A stretch of DNA of 64,000 bases from Octopus vulgaris (taxonomy: Eukaryota), in contig OX597827.1 of the NCBI GenBank assembly GCA_951406725.2, forward strand, positions 75,764,001 to 75,828,000. The letters are read 5' to 3'. A program made the translations under genes and the position numbers. Positions 53,440 through 64,000 of the stretch are shown here, one piece after another; position 1 is the first letter of the stretch; every line of letters begins with the position of its first letter. The notes under the pieces were generated by a model that was not told where the DNA came from, did no database searches, and saw only the letters and a list, made by a program, of their open reading frames with translations.

Positions 53440-53846
53440 AAGGTGGCGAGCTGGCAGAAACGTTAGCACGTCGGGCGAAATGCTTAGTGGTATTTCATCT
53501 GCTGTTATGTTCTGATTTCAAATTCCGCCGAGGTTGACTTTACGTTTCATCCTTTCGGGGTCGATAAATTAAGAACCAGTTACGCACTGGGGTCGATGTA
53601 ATCGACTTGATCCATTTGTCTGTCCTTGTTTGTCCCCTCTGTGTTTAGCCACTTGTGGGTAGTAAAGAAATAGGTATTTTATCTGCTGTTATGTTCTGTG
53701 TTCAAATTCCGCTGAGATCGACTTTGCCTTTCATCCTTTCGGGGTCGACAAATTAAGTACCAATTACGCACTGGGGTCGATGTAATTGACTTAATCCCTT
53801 TGTTTGTCCCCTCTGTGTCTGGCCCCTTGTGGGCAATAAAGAAATA
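53440..53846 (+). mobile_element. dimeric family-A SINE inserted in an old family-B copy
   Basis: Second unit starts at ~53671 without the A-box head; flanking direct repeat AGGAAATGCC at 53429-53438 and 53847-53856. Confidence 0.85.
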
Positions 53847-56800
53847 AGGAAATGCCTTAGGGCCTTCACAGTGGGATCTAGCCTAGAATCATGTGGTTGC
53901 AAATCACACTCCTAGTCACACAGCCATGTTTTATACACTACATTGATTAAGTAGGTACACCTTGCACTCCGCAGCTGTATCATGCTGTCTCATACAAAGA
54001 TAGCTACGATCAGGTAATTGAATGCAACTTTCTGAAAGCACACTGAACACAATATGCATTCACTGTTATATTATACCTCATACCAGCTGTCACACTACAA
54101 CTACCCACACTGGCAGGATGTGGCAACAAGGGATCCACTATGTGGTCACTGAAATTGCTAAAAATAGCTGCCACACCTCTCTTAGTCACATCCTACCATC
54201 ATATGAAAAAGCAAAACTGATAAGGGGACCCTAAGTATAGTCCTAGGTAGGTTAGTCACTGATTTTAGCTGGTCGAGAGAGGATGTAAAGGTTTCAGCTG
54301 TGCTGTTTGCATGGGGGACAAACAGTCACGACATTCGATATTTCAGGCAGAGGCTTTCAATTGGCTGAGATTACATAATGTTAAATGTTTGTATGCTTTT
54401 AACTTTTTATAATTAAATTCTGGACAAAAAAATGAATGCGATTTTCCTCATCAGCATGCAAAACTCTCTTTGATCCTATGTCTGCTTGATCAGAGTTGAC
54501 CTAGGGTTAAATAACAACAACCCAGACTGTGTTCTCATAAAGCGGGTAGGGAGCAGTTAGGTTTGCAGAGGGAGTAAGGACACTATTATATTTAGTAAAA
54601 CTGAGTACCATGGTGAAGAAAATAAGATTTATATGGTTGTCAACTGGATTTTTCATTAAGAAAGAGGTGTGAAGAAAAAAATTCAATATTTTTCTAGGGA
54701 GTGGTACACTGATATTTGTCAGTTTGACAACCTCTGCACTGACTCACATATGTTTCTATATTAAAGAGTGGCGCATTTAATCTGGTATCTCTGGATTGTA
54801 TCTTACATTTAATGAAACCCAGCTCCACTGTGCATACTTCATTACACAGCTTGATTTTGAGACGGTTTTGATGATTATTTCCACCGATCTGCTTTAAATG
54901 AGCTGAACTACAATTAGTGTTCTCGTTAGGATCAGTCTATCTTATTCTCAAATATATCTAAGACTAAACTAGGCTTCTTAGAAAAGCTCAAAATTTCTCA
55001 TGAATACAAGACCCTAAAAAAAGGTTTATGGACATGTTCCACTCATCTCTATTATTGTGGTTCAACATGGGATAGGCTTTGCTGACCACTGCTGTTCTCC
55101 TGGGCACCAGGCCATATTGAATGTTATTGTGATGGAGAATTCCACTTCCACTCCCTATAGGGGACAAAGACCACTCAATTACATTGATGGCAGGGACACA
55201 ATATGAAATTAAGGACCTTTTTAGTGGTGCAGCATGGTGAAGTTCATTTTAGTTATGACTGTTTGAAGAGAAAGAAGGACTACAATTAGCAAATGTGTCT
55301 TGCCTAGCTTAAGAAAGGAGCTTGTGATTTGAAGATTTGGTTGCTATTTTTAGCAAGTTCAGCAAGCACTTAGATGACTCACCTTTTGGCTTAAACAGTT
55401 TTATTTATTATGAGGTATGTCTTGATATTTTTCTCTGGTGTAAGATGTACTTTTTAATGACTTCGTCAGAGAAGGAAGGGCTGTGTCCACACTCCTTTCC
55501 AGGGCATCTGTGACTGCTGAGAGGAAGTTTTATCCTTAGGCTCACCTCCAAGCAAACTCTGTTAAAGCCACCCATCAGTTGTGTGGATAGTTTTAAAGAG
55601 TGTGTTGAATGAAGTCTATCACTGAGAATAAGAGCAATCTCTTCAATAGGCTTCCATACAGTCTCCATCTATGAAATTTCACTCGCGACTATAATAGAAA
55701 AGACTTGTCCAAAATGCTGCATTGTGAGATCGAATTAAAAAAAACCCCCAAAGAACTGAAAATCAAACTTTTGAATCACACACCTCTATCTTGACATATA
55801 ATTAGGTTTATTTACTCTAAGGTGTGCCTTAATATTTAAACAGTTTCACGAAGTATAAAATGTGTCTTGACATTTGTCTTCTGTACACTGATATCAAAAA
55901 CAGGTTTATCTACTGGAAGGTGTGCCATAACTCCCAATGTAACAGTAAACAATTCTTTCCTTAGTTTCACGTATTTTTTATTTAAACATTTTCATTCTTA
56001 TTTCCTAGTTAATGTCAGTTGTTGTCTACTAATCTGTTTTACTTGAAATGGTGCAGGGACATACATTAGAAAAGACTGATAACATATCCTGTTGCCACCT
56101 TGTATTGTGTCCTTTATTGAAGTCTATTAACATTTGCAATAAATACGTCCTAGCTCCTTGGCAGTACTTAATTCTGCTGTTAAGCATATGAGAACTAAAT
56201 CACCGTTTCAGTAGATATATTTCTATCTCAAGTAATATTTCCTAGATGATCTGGTACTTAGTGCTGACTATAATGTGAACTGAGACAGTGTAGAATATAG
56301 TATGCTGTCTCAGAGACTCAACAGAAAGGATGGAAATTAAATCTTTCCTTGGATATGATATCAGTCTATCAAAGGTAACATTTCCATGTGATCTAGTGGG
56401 CCCTAGATCCTGACAGCCAGGTAAACTGAGGTAATGTAGAATGTAGTGTTCTGCCCAGAGACAACGAAGAGCAACAGTCATGGGTGTGTGGTTGAGTGTC
56501 TTCTACCGTAGCTTCAGGTTGACCAAAGCCTTGGGAGTAAAATTTGGTAAATGGAAACTGTAGAAGCTTGGGGGTAGGGACTGAGTCTGTTTAGGGGTGG
56601 TAGACTCCATCTGTTGCCTGGCTGAGCACCACCACCACCACCACCTGGCTTTCGAGTGTCTTTAGCAGAGTCAACTCTGTTGCAAGTAGCTGAGCTAAGT
56701 CACTGGGATGACGATAACATTGTTCTAATCATTAATAAGGAGACAAAAAATAACGGGACATACACTGAGATTGAACTTCTGACATAAACAAGAGCATGCA

Positions 56801-57429
56801 ATCCTGTATTGTGTATGTATTGCCTGAGCAGTCAGTGTAATTGGACATACAGTCTCTTGTTGTATGTGGTGAAGGCCATTATTTCGTTGGTGTTTTGTTA
56901 ACCTGCACAACTGAGCTCAGATATTTTCATATATAAAACTTTAGGATAAAGTCCTATCCAGGGAGAAAGACATCTCTTTTTTGATATTTAATACTTTGTA
57001 AACTAGGATAAGCTCCCATGCATTGGAGCTCAGTCTGATAAAGAAGACTTTCCCTATACGTATCGTGTGTGTCCTGGTTTTTAGGAAAGGTACACCATAT
57101 CCCTAAATGTCATAAGAGGTGACTAAAAAAAAAACTTAGCATCGAGGGAAGTATATGGCTGCAAAATACAGCCTTAAAACGTCCCAAACAAACCAAACCA
57201 ATATAGAAAAACAAACAAAAAAGCAGTGTTCATGATGTGTATCTCTCTAATCATATGTTACACTAGTTTCACTCCGTGCACTTTGTATTCTGTCTTAGTC
57301 ATGTTGTACCTGGACCTCCAGGTGAGCAAGCCATGTATTTACCTCTTCAGCAAGGCTCCTGTTCTTCTCCCTCTATCACAGTTTCTTTCCCCAGCCTGTA
57401 CTCTGTTCATTTGAGGAGTCTTTCTTATC

Positions 57430-57640
57430 TTGCGGGTATTTGGTGACCTCACAAGTGCTGGTGCCACATAAAAAGCACCCAGTCCACACCTTGTTAAGTG
57501 TTTGGTGTTTGGAAGGGCACCCAGCTACAGAAACCATGCCAAAGCGTACATAAAATGTGGTGGAGCCCTCTGGCTCATCCGTTCGTGTCAAACACTTTGG
57601 TCCATGCCAGCATGGAAAAAGGGATGCTAAATGATGATGT
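57430..57640 (+). mobile_element. old family-D tail
   Basis: GGTGCCACATAAAAAGCACCC...GGAAGGGCACCCAGC...CCATGCCAGCATGG...(GAT)n. Confidence 0.7.
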
Positions 57641-59987
57641 ATTATCATTTTATGCCTGTTTTTTACAATGAGGCATATGTTGGGTATTTCACTCCATCTC
57701 AACATGGTCTGGGTATATTTTATTGTGCCACCAGACTCGAGAGTGTGTCTGTAGCTAGGGTAACGAATTGCTTCAACTCTGTTAGTTTTTATTCCAGCTT
57801 ATTCCAGAATTACTTCTCACCTGGCTGGGCTGTGGCTTATAGGAATCTACATTTTTGTTTCTTTCTTTGGCACCGGTTTTTCAGTTGTTCGATGCCCTTC
57901 CTATCACCTGTCACTTTACGGAGTGAGCGGGGAGGGCATACATTTGTATGTAGAGGTACCAGAGATGGGTGTGTAATAAATGGAGGTTATTTGTTTATGT
58001 GAAACTGATGCTTTGCTCCTTTACTACTTTCTTGCTATGTGTAATCCACCAGGCAGCAGAAAGATGAAGGTCTGCACATGCCTAGAAACTCTGCTTTAAA
58101 TGACTATTTATATCTTGTGTGTGTGTGTGTGTGTAGACACACATTTTGGTTAAGAGCCTCTATTTAAAATACCTGTCACAGGAGTTATGCTACATTGAAT
58201 TTCTTAGCTTGCAACTTATATTTCCTTTGACTATTCTCTCTTTTGTTATCATAAATCTGCTCCTCCTCTTCCTACTACCTCTACTACATACACACCCATG
58301 TTTTTGTGCGCACACACACACACACACACACATATATACATATATATATAAATAATTCATCTGTAACCAATTGAAAATCCATTTCAATGACAGGAAACAC
58401 TTACCACTTTATTGTTTTGCTGTTTACATTCAACAACACTTGCTTCAAATGTAAACATGTGTGTGTGTGTGTATTTCTACATGGGTTCAAGGCAAGATCC
58501 ATTGCAGTATTGTTGTTACTGTGTCAGACAAGAGTGCTTCACTGTATTTGTTTTGAGCTTCTGCATTTTGAGTTCAGATTCTGCTCGGGTCAACTTTGCC
58601 TTTCACTTTTCCAAAGTCAATAAAATAAAAAGTAGCCAACTAGGGCGATGGATTGGGGGGACTATAAAACCCCCAGCTAGATGCCTTGCAGTATTTGTTC
58701 TACTCTTTGCATTTTGAGTTCAAATCCTGCCATGGCCTACTTGGGTGGTAGACTCAATCCATTGCTTTGTTTTACATCACCATGAGGCCTCTTGGGTGCC
58801 TTTAGCAGACTCTATTCTGTTGCAATCATTGAGGCTTATAACTCCTGTTTGAGTACACCTTTCTCCTTCTGTCACTTAGGCACTGCCTTCCCTCCTCACT
58901 AAAAAAATAGTTAACTTATGGTGGATTTCTTTATTTCTATGTCAGGTCCAAACAGTTTGCAAAGCAGAATTGATTATTGTATCAAAACGAAAAGCAGAAG
59001 TCTTACACTTTAGAGATAACCCTTTAGCTGAGAGAAATTATATATAATATACCTGATAGAGATTTTATCAACCCTGGGCTTATGAAATTTCGTGTTGATT
59101 CTTGTAGTATTTGGGGTAAGAAAATTAAGGAGCAAAACTAACTACAGTAAAGCCTTTTACCCAGAAAATAATACAGTAAAATAATTCTTCTGGAACCAGT
59201 AATGATGTGTGTGTGTGTGTGTGTGTGTGTCTGATTGTTGTTTAGTCCCAAGTTGGCTCTGATCCAGCGGAAACGATAAAAAATCGCAGCAGGTATGGCT
59301 ATATGGTTACGAAGATCCTTTTGCGACCCACATGGATTGAGATTTGGTTGCACTTTGTAGTATTTGGGGAAAATGCCTTCTACTGTAGCTTTGGGTTGAT
59401 GAAAACTTTGTTAGAGAAGTTTAATAGACGGAAGCTGAATGGAAGCTTGGCTTATGTTAGTATGTATACATAAAGGGTTAAAGCAGTGGGTTTGCTACAG
59501 TCATTGCATCATACATTGTGCTTGATAAGGTCCAGCTTTCTGCTGACCCTTATCTCTCTTTCTAACTCTGAAATACACGCTACTCACATTGAATTGGTAA
59601 ATAGTTAGCAATTTAGAAAGACTGCCAACTGTAGTCATACGATCTTTACATTAGTAATTAATATGCAAATATCTTAACTTCTGTGAAATTATAACAATAA
59701 CAAAGTTTCTTACATTGATACAAATCTCATCTTCTTCACCGAGCTGTTTCATGAATTCTGTTCCTCTTTAGTTTTGGTAGATTCTCAATGTTGAATGCTT
59801 CTGTCAATAACAGCTTCCCTTTCATCCACTTTTTAGGATATGGCCCTCTCACGAGAGCTCAACACTGAAAAGATTTCTGGGCTTGTTCTACCCATCTCTG
59901 CTGTTGTTGCTCAATGCAGGGTAGACCTTGATAGCCTCTGTTATTATGCTAATCAGCAAGCTATATTAGATGTTATATGTCAGACAA

Positions 59988-60365
59988 GGAGGCGCAATGG
60001 CCCAGTGGTTAGGGCAGCGGACTCGCGGTCGTAGGACCGCGGTTTCAATTCCCAAACCGGGCGTTGTGAGTGTTTATTGAGCGAAAACACCTAAAAGCTC
60101 CATGAGGCTCTGGCTGGGATGGTGGTGATCCCTGCTGTACTCTTTCACCACAACTTTCTCTCACTCTTACTTCCTGTTTCTGTTGTACCTGTATTTCAAA
60201 GGGCCGGCCTTGTCACTCTCTGTGTCACGCTGAATATCCCCGAGAACTACGTTAAGGGTACATGTGTCTGTGGAGTGCTCAGCCACTTACACGTTAATTT
60301 CACAAGCAGGCTGTTCCGTTGATCGGATCAACCGGAACCCTCGTTGTAACCGACGGAGTGCCTCC
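59988..60365 (+). mobile_element. full-length family-C tRNA-derived SINE with 11-bp TSD
   Basis: tRNA-like head with A-box TGGCCCAGTGG and B-box-like GGTTTCAATTCC; TSD ATGTCAGACAA at 59977-59987 and 60366-60376. Confidence 0.92.
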
Positions 60366-61505
60366 ATGTCAGACAAATAGGTTCATAAATAATGTTCTTA
60401 CAGCACTTTCTGCACCAACCTGCCCAAAACTGCCTCTGTTAAACTGTTGAAATTTATATTCAAATCATGGACCGAAATCTAATTATGTGAAAGATATTAC
60501 AAGATAACAATAAGTATAAACATTTATCTTTTATTAACTTAGTTATTTCATGAAGCTTCTCACAGTTCTTGATTAATTAATTTTAAAAATTAAAATGCAC
60601 ACATTGAAAAGACTGTATTGTAAGAAAAAAAAGTTGGGTTCAAATGGTTGAACAGAAATTGATAAAAAATAAAATAAAACCATGTTATTCCAACTTGCAC
60701 AAAACAAAGAGTCTCAAACTGTAAGGAGAAGGACCTTTTGTCTATATATATATCTCTCTCTCTCTATGGTTATTGGTTCTGTATCTCCTTTTAGTCACAC
60801 TCTACTGTCTTACAAAACAGATATTCAATTGATGATTCTGGCTTGAATATCTTTTATAACAGGTCAGCTGAATCATGTGTGACTTAGGGCTAAGCATCAA
60901 CACCCCAGTAAAATTTAACAGTAGCTGTTAAAGTGATAACAGAAGAGAAACAAGGATTTTATTTTGGTTCAGAAGACAACCAGAAAACAATCGGAATATA
61001 ATAATGTTGTTCAGCCCCACACCAGTCCCTATTGAACAGTTCTATGAGCAATGGCATTCCAGCCATGGCAATCATGTCTTTTAGGAATGTAAAGGACTAT
61101 ATTAATCAATGCGACCTTTCTTTATTTGAATGAGATTTAGCTGCTATTGCTAGCAGCTTGGAGAACCACATAAGGTTGGTTTTATTGGCTTTGTGTTTAT
61201 AGGTTGTGTGTGTGTTCACTGTAACATATGAATTCAATGAACCCTCAGTAATTGTTAATTGAAGGAAAAGAAAAACCTCTTGTTTTACTATAATTTTATT
61301 TTTTAACATTTCAGTGTATTTGTCACATCTAATTTCGTTGTTATTCTTGTCAGCTCTGACCAAGCAGATTTATAATCAGCTGGGACCATCTCGTCTTTTA
61401 TTCAGATATTCTGTAACTTCAACTGCATTATCCAGTGTGTGATGCAGTTTTGAGATGTTAAAATATGATTTAAGGGCAATATGACTGCTTTTTCTAATGG
61501 GTTAA

Positions 61506-61725
61506 CCCTTTCATTACTGTATTTATTTTGAGATGCTCTGTGTTTCTTTGAATTACTTTAAATATAACAAAGAATTTAGTAAAATAACTTAGTTATCATT
61601 CAGCTAGTTTTAGGAACATAAATTGTGACTAAGGTTTGGTGGAAGATTTTAATTCAAAACTTATGAAAACAAGACATTTGTACTCAGAGCCAGAGCCGGT
61701 TTCAGCCGGGTTGGTAACAAAAGGG
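61506..61725. mobile_element. piggyBac-type MITE
   Basis: TTAA at 61502-61505 and 61726-61729; TIRs CCCTTTCATTAC / GTAACAAAAGGG. Confidence 0.85.
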
Positions 61726-61849
61726 TTAAATGACCAAAATTTTTCTATTATTGGCTTGAACTAAACTACTTAAAGGAGCTGCTCTTAATAATGGATGGAT
61801 TATAAATTAATGGAGAGAACAGCAAGAGAGATTACTCTCTCTCTTTTTC

Positions 61850-62052
61850 TCTCTTTTACTTGTTTCGGACATTTGACTGCGGCCATGCTGGAGCATTGCC
61901 TTTAGTTGAGTAAATCGACCCCGGGACTTATTCTTTGTAAGCCCAGTACTTATTCTATTGGTCTCTTTTTGCCGAACTGCTAGGAGACGGGGACGTAAAC
62001 ACACCAGCATTGGTTGTCAAGCAATGCTAGGGGGACAAACACAGACACGCAA

Positions 62053-62083
<31 letters not shown>

Positions 62084-62255
62084 CATATATACGACAGGCT
62101 TCTTTCAGTTTCCATCTACCAAATCCACTCACAAGGCATTGGTCAGCCCGGGGCTATAGCAGAAGACACTTGCCCAAGATGCCACGCAGTGGGACTGAAC
62201 CCGGAACCATGTGGTTGGTTAGCAAGCTACTTGCCACACAGCCACTCCTGCGCCT
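61850..62255 (-). mobile_element. young family-B SINE
   Basis: Near-identical to 25315-25721. Confidence 0.92.
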
Positions 62256-63387
62256 ATGCTGATTTTGTATGACTAGATCATAGACAGGCCAGTTTCGATT
62301 GGGACTGGCTGTTAAATTGATTTGACTTTGGTGAAATAATTGATTCCTTGTTTATTTAAAAATATGTGCAGCATGGTACAATGTTCTCTTCAACAGATGT
62401 GATGCCGCAGATTTTTATAAAGGAAATAAGATTTGAGATTAACAGATGTGCAGGCCTTTGTTAGGATTGTTAGCAACTTGAATGATTTGAAATGGATATA
62501 ATCAGGAATGGAAGTGCAATAATAGACCCAACTCATCAGATGCATTCACCTTCATAACATAAATATATTAAATGATGTTTTTTTTTACTTTCACTTTGGC
62601 ATATGGCCACAAATTGGAAGGTGGGCGGATATAGTTGGATGAATCCCAAGAAAACACTGTTATTTATTTCATCAATCCCAGAAAGAAAAAAACGACATAG
62701 GTTATAGGCATGGGTGTGTGGTTAAGAAATTTGGTTTGCAACCACATGGGCCTGAGCTCAATCCCATTACACAGCACCTTGAACAAGTTACCTCTCCATA
62801 GCATCAGATTTATAAGTGAAATTTGGCTGATGAGCATTGTAGAGATGCCCATTGTATGTTGGGTTTAGCCTATTGTGTCAATCAAAGTGCTTATTTTATT
62901 GATCTCTATTTGTCTAACAGCTAACTTGCATAAACAGGTTCATAAAGAGATGTTACACTTAGCTTTGGTTACTTATTTGTTTTAGACTGATGTCACATAT
63001 ACATATATTTACAACATTATACACACATACACAGAATATATAAACACACTCATACATACACACACACACAATATTGTGATTTGAGTGTTGAAATCACAAC
63101 CATAAGGTTGTAGGTTCATTTCCTAGAGTAGGTAGCAGATTGTGTTTTGAGCAAGGTACAACATTGTACACTACACCAGTCTCCTCAGTTAAAATGAGTA
63201 CCAACTTAGTGTTGGCCCAGCCCTTTCTCCATCACTAATGTTCCACTGTGTCAGGAGTGGGAGAGCCAATAGGGTGTTGATGACAGTTCAGTTATATAGG
63301 GGCTCAAAGCAATTACTGAATGTATGGTATATGTTATGAAATCATGCTCACTTGTAAGTAACAGCTATGGTTGGTTTCTGTACAGAA

Positions 63388-64000
63388 TCATCATCATCAT
63401 TTAACTTCCGTTTTCCATGGTGGCATGGGTTGGATAGTTTGACAGCAGATGGCAAGATGGAGAGCTGCACCAGGCTCCAATTGCCTGTTGGCACGGCTTC
63501 TATGGCTGGATGCCCTTCCTATTGCCAACCACTTTACAGAGGGTACTGGGTACTTTTTACATGACACTGACATGGGTGTTTATTAAGTGGCACCAGCTCG
63601 GGTGCATTTTATATGGAACCGGCAGAGGTGCCTCTTACGTGTACTGGTGGCACAGTTGCTTTTTACATGACTGGACTGGTGCTTTTTATGTGGTCGTTTT
63701 TACTCCTCCAGTGGGGTTAAGAGGAGTGGAACTGGGTGGGGGGAGTAGCTGTGTGCCAGGTGAGTATGATAGTGGGACAAGGGAGATACTTGGCCACCCC
63801 AGTAAGACAAGGAAAGAAAAGGAAGGTGAGAGATAGTTAGAGAGAGAGAGAGAGAGAAATAGATGGTGGGTGTTGGAGATGTACTGGGGCCTACTCACAG
63901 TGAACAACAGTAAGGGGGAGAGTATAAATAGTGCAGAAGTTTTGAGTGGGGTGGAATGTTCAGGCTTCTGAACAGTATCCATTTACAAAACTTCAGTCAC
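63388..64000 (-). mobile_element. LINE 3' region ending in a D-like tail
   Basis: (CAT)n, TTTCCATG..GCATGGGTTGGA and GGCTGGATGCCCTTCC at 63388-63560; upstream extent uncertain. Confidence 0.55.

Noticed and set aside
55425-55475. Minus-strand CTGACGA...GAAA as a hammerhead
   Set aside because: Flanking stems do not pair.
59988-60060. tRNA gene
   Set aside because: The tRNA-like sequence is the head of a multi-copy SINE with a TSD and lacks a proper acceptor stem; the same applies to 26627 and 46735.

Overview
AT-rich, microsatellite-dense animal genomic DNA. The repeat families and the single-exon C2H2 gene suggest an octopus or other coleoid cephalopod (inference, no search run). The only well-supported protein-coding gene is a 687-aa, 13-finger C2H2 zinc-finger ORF (6764-8827, +) built from an old 4-finger higher-order repeat. 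The rest is mostly mobile-element debris: several tRNA-derived SINE families (labelled A, B, C here), RTE-type LINE 3' ends (D), a cluster of R4/Dong-type retrotransposon fragments in (TAA)n, piggyBac- and hAT-type MITEs, non-autonomous Helitrons and long simple repeats. Almost all other ORFs in the track are microsatellite or SINE artefacts. The most notable signal is a ~484-bp near-perfect palindrome (41842-42325) inserted in a (TA)n tract. One arm encodes a complete type-I hammerhead ribozyme motif on the minus strand; the mirror arm carries a core-disrupted copy. This resembles a Penelope-like element or retrozyme. Also notable are a 125-nt G.U-biased hairpin (45284-45408) at the edge of a CpG-rich promoter-like zone and several local fold-back inversions.
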